In this document: positions 51,251 to 61,771 of the stretch, piece after piece
Position numbering within the stretch: the first letter of the stretch is position 1
Layout: each line of letters opens with the position of its first letter
NCBI GenBank assembly: GCA_050734155.1
Contig: JBOHUD010000100.1
Location: 16,835-80,834, forward strand
DNA: 64,000 nt
Direction: 5' to 3'
Origin: Candidatus Dormibacteria bacterium
GTDB taxonomy: Bacteria; Chloroflexota; Dormibacteria; Aeolococcales; Aeolococcaceae
Program-made: the position numbers and the translations under genes
The notes under the pieces: generated by a model
Seen by the model: the letters and a program-made list of their open reading frames with translations, nothing else
What the model was told of the DNA's origin: nothing
Databases searched by the model: none

Positions 51251-52302
51251 CGGAAGGCCGCCTGGAGACTGTCGAGCTCGGCGGCGCCGGGGCACAGCTC
51301 GGCGTGGGGCAGCTGCACGAGGGGACGCTGCGAGGTGGCGTTGAGCGTGTGCAGGTCCTGCACGTCCTCGTTCACGTAGAGGAGGCCGGTGGCCACCTCA
51401 CCGTCGCCATGTCTCTGCTGCAAATAGGCGCCGACCGAGACGCGGTCGGTGGGGTCGTAATCCTCGGGGACCGACCGGAAGCGGACCACGCTGCCGTCGT
51501 GCATGCGCACCATGCGAACGCCGTCCTTGGGGATGGCGGCGACGATCTCCTCCTCGGGGGGGACGAAATCGGCGACGCCGACCTTGACGGCATGCTCGCG
51601 GGTGAACAGGTAGCTCTTGCTCGAGCCCTCGTGGTCGTTGAAGGTGACGCATGGCGAGATCACGTCCACCAGCGCGAAGCCCTGGTGCACCACGGCGGCC
51701 TTGAGGATCGGCACCAGCTGCTGCTTGTCACCGGAGAAGCTGCGCGCCAGGAAGGTGGCTCCCAGGGACAGGCCGAGCATGATCGGGTCGATCGGAGACA
51801 TCAGATTGGCAGCGCCCTTCTTGGGCCTGCTGCCGACGTCGGCGGAGGCCGAGAACTGCCCCTTGGTGAGCCCGTACACGCCGTTGTTCTCGATGACGTA
51901 CACCAGGGCGACGTTGCGACGGATGGCGTGGGCAAGGTGCCCCAGGCCGATGGACAGTGAATCACCATCCCCGGAGATGCCGACGCAGAGCAGGTCGCGG
52001 TTGGCGGCCTTGGCGCCGGTGGCGATGGTGGCCATCCGTCCGTGGGCGCCGTTGAGACCATGGGCGCCGCCGACGAAGTACGCGGGGGTCTTGCCCGAGC
52101 AGCCGATGCCGCTCAGCTTGGCCAGCATGTGAGGTGGGGTGGACAGCTCCCAGAACGCGCGCACCAGCGCCGCTGTGACCGAGTCGTGGCCACAGCCCGC
52201 GCAGAGAGTCGACATCCCCCCCTCGTAGTCGCGGATGGTCAGCCCCAGCGAGTTGCGCTCCATCGAGGGGTGGCGGGCGACGGGTTTGGTGATCGAGGCC
52301 AC
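51247..52302 (-). CDS. korB: 2-oxoacid:ferredoxin oxidoreductase, beta (TPP-binding) subunit
   Basis: STLCAGCGHDSVTAAL...GISGDGDSLSIGLGHL...VIENNGVYGLTKGQ is the KorB Cys motif and TPP GDG-x-N motif. Confidence 0.88.
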   Translation of the reverse strand: MASITKPVARHPSMERNSLGLTIRDYEGGMSTLCAGCGHDSVTAALVRAFWELSTPPHMLAKLSGIGCSGKTPAYFVGGAHGLNGAHGRMATIATGAKAANRDLLCVGISGDGDSLSIGLGHLAHAIRRNVALVYVIENNGVYGLTKGQFSASADVGSRPKKGAANLMSPIDPIMLGLSLGATFLARSFSGDKQQLVPILKAAVVHQGFALVDVISPCVTFNDHEGSSKSYLFTREHAVKVGVADFVPPEEEIVAAIPKDGVRMVRMHDGSVVRFRSVPEDYDPTDRVSVGAYLQQRHGDGEVATGLLYVNEDVQDLHTLNATSQRPLVQLPHAELCPGAAELDSLQAAFR

Positions 52303-52304
52303 GG

Positions 52305-54113
52305 CTAGCGGCCCACCTGCGCCGCCAGGGCGTCGATGACGGTGCTGGCGCTGAGCGGGAATCCACCGTAGGACAGAACCGAACGCAGCCTGTCCTTGGG
52401 GACTGTGGTCTCCAGGGTCAGCAGGGAGCGCAGCTGGGCGTCACGGTTCTGCTCCACCACGAAGACCACCTCGTGCTCGTCGAGGAAGTCGCCCACCTCC
52501 TCCGCGAAGGGGAACCCCCGGATGCGCATGAAGTCGGCAGCCGTGCCGCGCTCCTCGAGCACTTCCAGGGCCTCGCGGACGGCGAGGTCGCAACCCCCCA
52601 CGGTGACCACGCCGATGCGCGCGCCGGGGCGCCGTTCCACGACCGGCTCGGGCAGGTGCCTGGCCGCGGCCGCGTGCTTGCGGGCCAGCCGATCGAGCAC
52701 CTCCTGGTACTCGTCGGGGGTCTCGGTGTACCTGCCCTGGCGGTTGTGTCCCGAGCCGCGAGTGGTGAACGCTCCCGCGGCGCTGACCCCGGGAAGGGTT
52801 CGGGCGGACACGAAGTCGGCGTCCGGGTCGGCGTAGCGGGCGAACCGTCCGCTGCCCTCCAGCTGCTCGGCGCTGAGCACGCGTCCGCGGTCGGGCGCGT
52901 AGCCGTCGTCCCAGGTGAGCCGCGGCACCACCCAGTCGTTCATGCCGATGTCGAGATCGCTGAGCATGATCACGGGGCACTGGAAGCGCTCCGCCAGGTC
53001 GAAGCACCTGACCGCGAAGTCGAAGCACTCCACCGGGTCGGCGGGGAACAGGAGGATGTGCTTGGTGTCGCCGTGCGAGGCGAATGCGCAGCTCAGGATG
53101 TCCGCCTGCTGGGTGCGTGTGGGCATGCCGGTCGACGGGCCCACGCGCTGGACATCGATCACCACGGCGGGGATCTCGGCGTAGTACGCCAGACCGAGCA
53201 GCTCGGTCATCAGCGAGATCCCCGGGCCCGACGTCGAGGTGAAGGCGCGCGCCCCGGCCCACGAGGATCCCAGCACCATGCCGATCGCCGCCAGCTCGTC
53301 CTCCGCCTGGAGGATCAGGAAATTGTTCCTGCCGGTGGCGGGGTCGTGCCTGTACCTGGCGCAGAAGCCGGTGAACGCGTCCATGACTCCCGTGGACGGC
53401 GTGATCGGATACCAGGCGGCCACCGTGGCGCCCGCGTACAGGCAGCCCAGCGCCGTCGCCGTGTTGCCGTCGATGAGGATCCTGCCGGCGTTGGCGTCCA
53501 TCGCCTCCACCCCGAACGGCAGCGGCGCGAAGGTCGCCAGCGCGTAGTCGTAGCCGAGGCGCAGTGCCCGCTGGTTGGACTCACGCAGCCTGTCCTTGCC
53601 CGCAAACCTCTCCGCCAGGAGCTGCGACACGATGTCGAGGTCGATGCCAAGAACGGCGACCAGGGCCCCTGCGTAGGCGACGTTCTTCATCAGGACGCGC
53701 TCACGGGGCTGGCGAAAGTTCTGGTTGCACATCTGCGCCAGCGGGACTCCGAGGAAGGTCACGTCGGCGCGCACCAGCTCGGGATCCAACGGCCACGACG
53801 AGTCGAGGAGCACGTAACCGCCGGAACGCACCTCCGCGATGTCGGCGGCGTAGGTGGAGTGGTTCATGGCCACCATCAGGTCGTAGTCCAGGGCGCGGGA
53901 GGTGTGGCCGGCGCCGTTGACGCGAATCTCATACCAGGTGGGCAGGCCCTGGATGTTGGAGGGGAAGAGATTCTTCCCCGAGACCGGGATACCCATCCGG
54001 AAGATGGCGTGGGTCAGCAGCCCATTCACGCTGGAGGAGCCGGTCCCGTTGACCGCCGCCAGCTTGAGCGCGAAATCGTTGACACGAACGGGGGCGGTGG
54101 CCACGGAGGTCAT
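52305..54113 (-). CDS. korA: 2-oxoacid:ferredoxin oxidoreductase, alpha (fused gamma-alpha) subunit
   Basis: MTSVATAPVRVNDFALKLAAVNGTGSSSVNGLL...FPSNIQGLPTWYEIR (gamma-like), then ...GNTATALGCLYAGATVAAWYPITPST...VIDVQRVGPSTGMPT... Start is the ATG at 54113. Confidence 0.88.
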   Translation of the reverse strand: MTSVATAPVRVNDFALKLAAVNGTGSSSVNGLLTHAIFRMGIPVSGKNLFPSNIQGLPTWYEIRVNGAGHTSRALDYDLMVAMNHSTYAADIAEVRSGGYVLLDSSWPLDPELVRADVTFLGVPLAQMCNQNFRQPRERVLMKNVAYAGALVAVLGIDLDIVSQLLAERFAGKDRLRESNQRALRLGYDYALATFAPLPFGVEAMDANAGRILIDGNTATALGCLYAGATVAAWYPITPSTGVMDAFTGFCARYRHDPATGRNNFLILQAEDELAAIGMVLGSSWAGARAFTSTSGPGISLMTELLGLAYYAEIPAVVIDVQRVGPSTGMPTRTQQADILSCAFASHGDTKHILLFPADPVECFDFAVRCFDLAERFQCPVIMLSDLDIGMNDWVVPRLTWDDGYAPDRGRVLSAEQLEGSGRFARYADPDADFVSARTLPGVSAAGAFTTRGSGHNRQGRYTETPDEYQEVLDRLARKHAAAARHLPEPVVERRPGARIGVVTVGGCDLAVREALEVLEERGTAADFMRIRGFPFAEEVGDFLDEHEVVFVVEQNRDAQLRSLLTLETTVPKDRLRSVLSYGGFPLSASTVIDALAAQVGR

Positions 54114-54118
54114 CGCGG

Positions 54119-55909
54119 TCACCGCGCCGCCCCCACCTGGAGCAGCGGGATCGGGGTGATGGCGTAGGGGATGACGATCTCCGACTTCTGCATGTCCCAC
54201 GCCGCCGTCGGACAGCGCTCGGCGCAGAGCCCGCAGTGAACGCAGACATCCTCGTCCTTGAGCATCAGCCGGCCGGTCTGAGGAAGCGGGTCGGAGACGA
54301 ACAGCGCCTGGCTGGGGTTGGTGGCCGGCGCCGACAGCGCTGACCGCACCTGGTCCTCGTCGCCGTCGGGCGCGATCGTCAGGCACTGGACGGGGCACAC
54401 GTCGATGCAGGCGTCGCATTCGATGCACAGCGGTGCGTCGAAGACGGTCTGCATGTCGCAGTTCAGACAGCGCTGCACCTCGCGCGCCGTCTGCTCCGCG
54501 CTGAAGCCGAGCTCGACCTCGAGGTCGAGCTTGGCGAATCGCTCGGTCAACTCGACGTGGGTCATCTTCTGCCGGGAGGCGGGGTTGTAGTCGTTGTGGT
54601 AGCTCCACTCCGACAGACCCATCTTCTGGCTGACCAGGTTCAGGCCCAGTGGCAGACGCTGCGTGACCGCCATGTCCTGGCAGCGGTTGTGGATCGAGAT
54701 GGCGGCCTCGTGGGCGTGGGCCACCGCCCAGATGATGTTCTTCGGCCCCCAGGCGGCGTCACCGCCGAAGAACACCCCGGGCAGCGTCGACTGCATGGTG
54801 GTCGCGTCCACCACGGGCATGCCTCCGTCGTCGAATTCCACGCCCAGGTCGCGCTCGATCCAGGGGAACGCGTTCTCCTGTCCGATGGCGAGGATGACAT
54901 CGTCCGCGGGCAGGACCACGCTGTCGATGACATCCGAATGGCGTGCCTCGGAGTCCCAGGACAGGCGCAGGAACTCCATGCCGAGCAGACGGCCGTTCTC
55001 GACGATGAACCGCTCGGGCGCGTGGTTGACGAGGATGTCGATGCGCTCCTCCTCGGCATCGTCCAGCTCCCACGGAGACGCCTTGAAGAAGCCGCGCGGC
55101 CGCCTGGCCACGACCTTGATGTCGCGGCCACCGAGGCGCCGCGAGGAGCGGCAGCAGTCCATGGCGGTGTTGCCGACGCCGATGATCAGCACCCGCTCGC
55201 CGATCGAGTCGACGTGGCCGAAGGCGATCGACTCCAACCAGTCGATGCCGATGTGGATGCGGTCGGTCTGGTGGCGTCCCTCGATGTCGAGGTCCTTGCC
55301 GCGGGGGGCGCCACTGCCCACGAACACGGCGTCGAAGCCCTCCGCAAGCAGCGCTCGCAGCGACCCGACAGGAGTCCGGTAGCGGATGTCCACACCCATG
55401 TCGAGGATCGCCGAGACCTCCTCGTCGAGGACCTGCGCGGGCAGGCGGAAGGCCGGGATGTTGGTGCGCATCAGCCCGCCCGGCGCGGCGTGCTGCTCGA
55501 AGATCACGACCTCGTAGCCCAGCGGCAGGAGGTCGTTGGCCACCGTCAGCGAGGCGGGTCCGGCACCGACACAGGCGATGCGCCTTCCGTTCTTCTGCAC
55601 CGGGATGACCGGCATGCGCTCGGCGATGTCGCCGCGGTGGTCGGCGGCCACCCGCTTCAGCCGGCAGATGGCCACGGGCCTCCCGTCCACCCGCTCGCGC
55701 CGGCAGGCCGGCTCGCAGGGGCGGTCGCAGGTGCGCCCCAGGATGGCCGGGAAGACGTTGGATTCGCGGTTCACCATGTAGGCGTCGGTGAAGCGCCCCT
55801 GGGCGATCAGGCGGATGTACTCGGGAACATCGGTGTGGGCAGGGCATGCCCACTGACAGTCGACCACCTTGTGGAAATAGGCGGGGTCCTGCACGTCGGT
55901 GGGCTTCAC
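54119..55909 (-). CDS. GltD/SudA-like NAD(P)H-dependent FAD oxidoreductase fused to a C-terminal 2x[4Fe-4S] ferredoxin domain
   Basis: The N-terminal Fe-S region is CQWACPAHTDVPEYIRL...GRTCDRPCEPACRR. The dinucleotide folds are IACVGAGPASLTVANDL and VLIIGVGNTAMDCC, with GVFFGGDAA. The tail CLNCDMQT...CIECDACIDVCPVQC...CVHCGLCAERCP carries two CxxCxxCxxxCP motifs. GTG start at 55909 is tentative. Confidence 0.8.
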   Translation of the reverse strand: MKPTDVQDPAYFHKVVDCQWACPAHTDVPEYIRLIAQGRFTDAYMVNRESNVFPAILGRTCDRPCEPACRRERVDGRPVAICRLKRVAADHRGDIAERMPVIPVQKNGRRIACVGAGPASLTVANDLLPLGYEVVIFEQHAAPGGLMRTNIPAFRLPAQVLDEEVSAILDMGVDIRYRTPVGSLRALLAEGFDAVFVGSGAPRGKDLDIEGRHQTDRIHIGIDWLESIAFGHVDSIGERVLIIGVGNTAMDCCRSSRRLGGRDIKVVARRPRGFFKASPWELDDAEEERIDILVNHAPERFIVENGRLLGMEFLRLSWDSEARHSDVIDSVVLPADDVILAIGQENAFPWIERDLGVEFDDGGMPVVDATTMQSTLPGVFFGGDAAWGPKNIIWAVAHAHEAAISIHNRCQDMAVTQRLPLGLNLVSQKMGLSEWSYHNDYNPASRQKMTHVELTERFAKLDLEVELGFSAEQTAREVQRCLNCDMQTVFDAPLCIECDACIDVCPVQCLTIAPDGDEDQVRSALSAPATNPSQALFVSDPLPQTGRLMLKDEDVCVHCGLCAERCPTAAWDMQKSEIVIPYAITPIPLLQVGAAR

Positions 55910-55976
55910 GGCAACTGTGAAGTATGAGATGGCCCCGGCACCGGGCGACTCGGCACAGCCCGGCAGCGGCTGGTGG

Positions 55977-57389
<1,413 letters not shown>

Positions 57390-57393
57390 GCCC

Positions 57394-57717
57394 TCAACCC
57401 CGGTCCTCGGTGTGATCGCGGGGCCCGGGCGGGGCCGGGCGCTTGCGGAACATCTCGAGCATGCGGTCGGTGACCGTGTAGCCGCCGACCACGTTGGTGG
57501 CCGCGAACCCGGCGGCCACGAAGGCAAGCACGTAGCCGGGGGCGCTGTTGGCCTGGGCCGCGGTGACCATCACGCCGGCGAACACGATGCCGTGGATGGC
57601 GTTGGACGCGGACATCAGGGGCGTGTGCAGCATCGAGGGCACCTTGCTGATCACCTCGAAGCCCACCAGGAGCGCCAGCACGAAGATGCTGACCTCGGAG
57701 AGGAGCGAGGTGCTCAT
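57394..57717 (-). CDS. pntAB: NAD(P) transhydrogenase subunit alpha part 2 (membrane)
   Basis: 107 aa. FVLALLVGFEVISKVPSMLHTPLMSASNAIHGIV is the hallmark PntA dII segment. Confidence 0.87.
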   Translation of the reverse strand: MSTSLLSEVSIFVLALLVGFEVISKVPSMLHTPLMSASNAIHGIVFAGVMVTAAQANSAPGYVLAFVAAGFAATNVVGGYTVTDRMLEMFRKRPAPPGPRDHTEDRG

Positions 57718-58916
57718 GAGCCGCGCGCCGCGGTGGGGTCTGCCTCGAGGAGCTTCAGCACGGCGGGATTGGTCACCTCCCCGTCGTGGGTCACCACCAC
57801 CCCGGCCTGGATCTCGTCGTCGCGGTCGATCGCCAGGGCGCCGTCATGGACCAGGTGGAGCAGCAGGGCGGTGACGTTGTGCGAGAAGGCCACCGAGGCG
57901 GCGGTGGGCAGCTGGGCCGGCAGGTTGCCCGCCCCGATGATCGTCACCGCGTTGGCGGTGAGGATCGTCTGATCCGGGGCCGACCCCTCGACGTTGCCAC
58001 CCAGGGCACTGGCGCCGAGGTCGACGATCACCGAGCCCGAGCGCATCCTCTCGATCGCGCCGGCGGTGACCAGCAGCGGTGGCCGCCGCCCCGGCACCTG
58101 AGCGGTGGTGATGACCACGTCGAAGCGGGCGACGTGGTGGTTGAGCTCCTCCTGCTGGGCGGTCTGTTCGCTCTCGGTGAGCGCCCTGGCGTAACCGCCC
58201 TCCCCGGAGGCCGGCCCGACCGACTCGAGGTCGAGGGGGCGGGCGCCCACCGACACGATCTGCTCGCGCGTCTCGGGGCGCACGTCGTAGCCGGTCACCA
58301 CCGCGCCGAGCCGGCGGGCGGTGCCCATGGCCTGCAGCCCGGCGACCCCGGCCCCGAGGACGAGGACGTCGGCGGGCTTGGCGGTGCCCGAGGCTGTGAT
58401 CATCAGCGGGAAGAACCGCCCGAACGCCGCGGCGGCGACCAGGACCGCCTTGTAGCCGGCCACGTTGGCCTGCGAGGTGAGCGCGTCCATGGACTGGGCC
58501 CGGGCCAGGGTGCGGGGCAGGCCGTCGAGGCTGATCGCGGTCACCCCCTGCTCGGCCAGCCGTCGCGCCAGGCCGGGATCCACCAGCGGGCTCAGCATCC
58601 CGACGACAGCCTGGCCGGGCCGCAGCCGGGCCGCCTTCTCGTCGGAGAGGGTGCCCACGGTCACGATCACGTCGGCGCCGGCGCTCAGCCGGTCGCCGTC
58701 GACGATGGACGCCCCCGCCTCGACATAGGCCTCGTCGGCAAAACGGGCCTCCGCCCCTGCCCCGACCTCCACCAGGACGTCGAGTCCCCCTGCGGCCAGG
58801 CGGCCGATGCTGTCGGGGGTGAGCGCCACCCGCCGCTCCCCGGGCTGGGTCTCCCTGACGGCGGCCACGGCCAGGCGGCTGGCGGGCTCCGTCGCGCCCT
58901 CGCGGGTCTGGCTCAC
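57714..58916 (-). CDS. pntAA: NAD(P) transhydrogenase subunit alpha part 1 (NAD(H)-binding dI)
   Basis: VAAVRETQPGERRVALTP...ISLDGLPRTLARAQSMDALTSQANVAGYKAV...VLVLGAGVAGLQA is an alanine-dehydrogenase/PNT fold. GTG start at 58916 is tentative; the track ORF runs on to 59210, into the RNase P RNA gene. Confidence 0.85.
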   Translation of the reverse strand: MSQTREGATEPASRLAVAAVRETQPGERRVALTPDSIGRLAAGGLDVLVEVGAGAEARFADEAYVEAGASIVDGDRLSAGADVIVTVGTLSDEKAARLRPGQAVVGMLSPLVDPGLARRLAEQGVTAISLDGLPRTLARAQSMDALTSQANVAGYKAVLVAAAAFGRFFPLMITASGTAKPADVLVLGAGVAGLQAMGTARRLGAVVTGYDVRPETREQIVSVGARPLDLESVGPASGEGGYARALTESEQTAQQEELNHHVARFDVVITTAQVPGRRPPLLVTAGAIERMRSGSVIVDLGASALGGNVEGSAPDQTILTANAVTIIGAGNLPAQLPTAASVAFSHNVTALLLHLVHDGALAIDRDDEIQAGVVVTHDGEVTNPAVLKLLEADPTAARGS

Positions 58917-59069
58917 GAGCAATCTCCTGTTCGTCTCACGGGTGTCGGGCCAGCCCGGCGTGTCACGACGGTCGTGGACACTGCCAGAAGCACCAGGCCG
59001 GCCGCATCGTGAGGGTGGTGGCGGCGGGCAGGAGCGGCGCTCCGCCGCCGCCGCGTGGATGGTGGGGAG

Positions 59070-59472
59070 CGTGCAAGCCGGCCTGTAAGCCGGGTTCTGT
59101 CCCCGCCGCTCCGTTGACGGCCCTCGGGCCGCCGCTCCCCGGCGGCGGGGGACGGCCATCCATCTACGACGCCGGTTGCCCGGCGCCTGCAGCGGCCCTA
59201 CCCGGGACATGGGGCGAGCAACCCCTGGACGGCGAACCGTCCGTCCCTGTTCGGCCTTGCTCCGGGCGGGGTTTACCTGGCCGGCCGGTCACCCGACCGC
59301 CGGTGGGCTCTTGCCCCACCATTTCACCGTTGCCCCGGAATCGCCGCGGCTGTGTCCTTTCTGTGGCACTCTCCTTCGGGTTGCCCCGACTGGGCGTTAC
59401 CCAGCGCCCTGCTCTGTGGAGCCCGGACTTTCCTCGGACGACTGGCGCCCGCGGCCGTCCGGCCGGCTTGCC
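59070..59472 (-). ncRNA. rnpB: RNase P RNA, bacterial type A
   Basis: The minus strand reads GCAAGCCGGCCGGACGGCCGCGGGCGCCAGUCGUCCGAGGAAAGUCCGGGCUCCACAGAGCAGGGCGCUGGGUAACGCCCAGUCGGGGCAACCCGAAGGAGAGUGCCACAGAAA...GGUGAAAUGGUGGGGCAAGAGCCCACC...ACAGAACCCGGCUUACAGGCCGGCUUGC. Both universally conserved P4 strands are present (GAGGAAAGUCCGGGC and ACAGAACCCGGCUUA). The 5' GCAAGCCGGCC pairs with the 3' GGCCGGCUUGC as P1. The ends are good to about +/-10 nt. Confidence 0.9.
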
Positions 59473-59587
59473 GGGCAATTCTACGCGCGCTCCGCCAGGC
59501 CTCACCCATCCCGCCCCTGATCGACTGCGGCGTTCGCGGCGAGAGGCCCGGCTGGGGCTCGAGTGGGGAACGGCACATATGTTCGCA

Positions 59588-59616
59588 TTGACGCGTTGAG
59601 TTGGGACTGCTACCTT
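59588..59616 (+). promoter_or_regulatory. sigma70-like promoter of the dcw operon (TTGACG-17 nt-TACCTT)
   Basis: Read directly: TTGACGcgttgagttgggactgcTACCTT, about 90 nt upstream of the mraZ start. Confidence 0.45.
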
Positions 59617-59627
59617 TCCGCCCAGTC

Positions 59628-59670
59628 AGTGGGGCAGAGTGGTGAAAAGTGGGGCAGGACATGTGGGCAG
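59628..59670 (+). promoter_or_regulatory. array of GTGG(G/T) direct repeats at about 10-nt spacing, candidate MraZ operator
   Basis: AGTGGGGCAG AGTGGTGAAA AGTGGGGCAG gaca TGTGGGCAG lies immediately downstream of the putative -10. MraZ proteins are known to bind tandem GTG-containing repeats in their own promoter region. Confidence 0.5.
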
Positions 59671-59704
59671 GCGGCGCCAGCGACCCAGCGGTCGGAGCTG
59701 ATCC

Positions 59705-60157
59705 GTGTTCTACGGGACGTTCCGTCATGCCGTCGACTCCAAGGGGAGGGTCGCCCTGCCCGCCCAGTTCCGCCGCGACCTCGGCGGCGCCGTCATCGCT
59801 CCCGGCTCGGAGAACCGCCTCGTGATCCGGCCCGCCGCCGAGTGGCAGGAGTACGAGCAGCACTTCCGGCTCACCGCCCAGAGCACCGCCGACGAACGCC
59901 TCTTCATCCGTCACCTCTACGCGGACGCCCGCGAGGTCGAGGTCGACGCCCAGGGCCGGATCCTGCTCAGCCCCGACCACCGGAGCTTCGCCCGCATCGC
60001 CGACCGGGCTGTCTTCGTCGGCGTCTCCAACGTGGTGGAGGTGGTCGGCGAGGAGGTGTGGGACAGCGAGAGCCGCGGCCTCGATCCCGAGACCTTCACC
60101 CAGCTCGGGGATCGCGTCGGCCGCCCCCGCTCAGCGAGCGCGGGCGAGCAGGCGTGA
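59705..60157 (+). CDS. mraZ: transcriptional regulator MraZ
   Basis: FYGTFRHAVDSKGRVALPAQFRRDL... and a second ...VDAQGRILLSPDHRSFA show the two SpoVT/AbrB-like DxxGR repeats of MraZ. GTG start. Confidence 0.9.
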   Translation: MFYGTFRHAVDSKGRVALPAQFRRDLGGAVIAPGSENRLVIRPAAEWQEYEQHFRLTAQSTADERLFIRHLYADAREVEVDAQGRILLSPDHRSFARIADRAVFVGVSNVVEVVGEEVWDSESRGLDPETFTQLGDRVGRPRSASAGEQA

Positions 60158-60196
60158 CCACGGCTCCGCCCCCGCCAGCACGTCAAAAGGGCTTCC

Positions 60197-61207
60197 ATGT
60201 CGATCGTGGCCGGCATGGACGACAGCAGCACCGCCACGCCCGGTGGTCCATCGCCTGACGCGACGGGACACCGGCCGGTCCTTCTACACCCGCTAATACA
60301 GAGCCTGCAGCCCCGTCCGGGGCAGACGTTCATCGACGGCACCCTCGGTGCCGGCGGCTACGTCACCGCGTTGCTCGAAGGCGTTGGTCCCGGCGGGCGC
60401 ATCCTTGCCATCGATCGCGATCCCGCCGCGGTGGCGACAGCCCGGCGGCGCTTCGCGGACCACGGCGGCGTCATCGTCGAGCACGGCGACTTCGCCGACA
60501 TGGAGTCGATCGCGACCGCCCACGGGATCAGCCCCGGCACCGTCGACGGCGTCACCCTCGACCTCGGCCTCTCCTCGGTCCAGCTCGACGATCCGACCCG
60601 GGGTTTCAGCTTCCGTCTCGACTCACCGCTGGACATGCGCATGGACCCCGGCGGGGGCATCTCGGCCGCGGACATCGTCAACCGCTGGCCCGAGGCCGAC
60701 CTGACGGCCCTGATCCGCAGCTACGGCGATGAGCGCTTCGCACGCAGCATCGCCGCCGCCGTGGTGCGGCTGCGCAGCAACCAGGCGATCACCAGCACCG
60801 CGCAGCTGCGCGAGGTCGTCGAGCGCACCATCCCGCGGCGTTTCTGGCCGAAGCGCATCCACCCTGCGACACGCACCTTCCAGGCGCTGCGCATCGAGGT
60901 GAACCACGAGCTGGAGAGCCTCAAGGTGGGGCTGCAGGCGGCAATTCGCATTCTCCGGCCCGGTGGGCGTCTTGGGGTTGTCTCCTTCCACTCTCTCGAG
61001 GACACCATTGTCAAGAACACACTCCACGTCTCAGCACAGAACTGTCTATGTCCGCCCCAACAGACCCACTGCACCTGCGCTCACCGGGCCTCTCTCCTCC
61101 TTCTCAGCCGCAAGGCGATCAAGCCCGACGCCGCTGAGCTTGCCGGCAACCCGCGAGCCCGCTCCGCGCGGCTCCGAGTCGCCGAGAAGCTCGACGACGG
61201 GCGCTAG
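60197..61207 (+). CDS. rsmH: 16S rRNA (cytosine1402-N4)-methyltransferase
   Basis: HRPVLL...FIDGTLGAGGY...DLGLSSVQLDDPTRGFSF...PLDMRM...FHSLEDTIVK... are RsmH/MraW signature motifs. Confidence 0.9.
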   Translation: MSIVAGMDDSSTATPGGPSPDATGHRPVLLHPLIQSLQPRPGQTFIDGTLGAGGYVTALLEGVGPGGRILAIDRDPAAVATARRRFADHGGVIVEHGDFADMESIATAHGISPGTVDGVTLDLGLSSVQLDDPTRGFSFRLDSPLDMRMDPGGGISAADIVNRWPEADLTALIRSYGDERFARSIAAAVVRLRSNQAITSTAQLREVVERTIPRRFWPKRIHPATRTFQALRIEVNHELESLKVGLQAAIRILRPGGRLGVVSFHSLEDTIVKNTLHVSAQNCLCPPQQTHCTCAHRASLLLLSRKAIKPDAAELAGNPRARSARLRVAEKLDDGR

Positions 61208-61237
61208 ACACGCCGCTGCGCACCGCGACCCCTTTGC

Positions 61238-61771
61238 TTGCCTCTCCCTCCTCACGTCCCTGCTCACACGGAGATCCGGGCTGTGCCCAGAACGACCTCT
61301 CAACGACTCCCCGCCGATGACCTCACCCGTGTTCCGCTCGACGACGCACCCGCGCGTCGCACCCGGCTTCGTCGCGGCGGACCGCGCACGCCCCTGCCCC
61401 TGCTGCCGCTGATCGCGGCGCTGGCGGGGGTCGGCGTCGCCTACGTCAGCCAGAGCGCCCACTCCACCCAGGCCACCTACCAGGCCGCGGCGCTGTCCGA
61501 CCAGAACGGCCAGCTCCGCGCCCAGGACTCGCAGCTGGGCGACGACCTGGCGCGGCTGGAGAGCGCGGAGCGCATCGTCGCCGCCGCCCAGCAGCTGGGG
61601 ATGCGTCCCGCGGGGCACTGGTCGTACGTGGACGTGCGGCTGAAGCCGGTGGTCAGTGTCCCGGCACCGTTGCTGGCCGCGCGTCCCGGTTCGAGTGATC
61701 CGCTGCAGCAGTTCGTGGCCGCGATCGGAGGCGCCGTCGGCGTACACGGCAGCTCGGGCGCGGGGCCATGA
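61238..61771 (+). CDS. ftsL: cell-division protein FtsL-like (single TM plus coiled coil)
   Basis: Position between rsmH and ftsI. TM is PLLPLIAALAGVGVAYV, followed by the coiled coil YQAAALSDQNGQLRAQDSQLGDDLARLES..ERIVAAAQQLGM. The start is uncertain (61238 TTG or 61283 GTG). Confidence 0.6.
   Translation: MPLPPHVPAHTEIRAVPRTTSQRLPADDLTRVPLDDAPARRTRLRRGGPRTPLPLLPLIAALAGVGVAYVSQSAHSTQATYQAAALSDQNGQLRAQDSQLGDDLARLESAERIVAAAQQLGMRPAGHWSYVDVRLKPVVSVPAPLLAARPGSSDPLQQFVAAIGGAVGVHGSSGAGP

Noticed and set aside
59009-59599. ORFs of 79-196 aa on both strands between pntAA and mraZ
   Set aside because: The region is fully explained by a type-A RNase P RNA with both P4 strands and a P1 pairing. The translations are Pro/Arg/Gly-rich.
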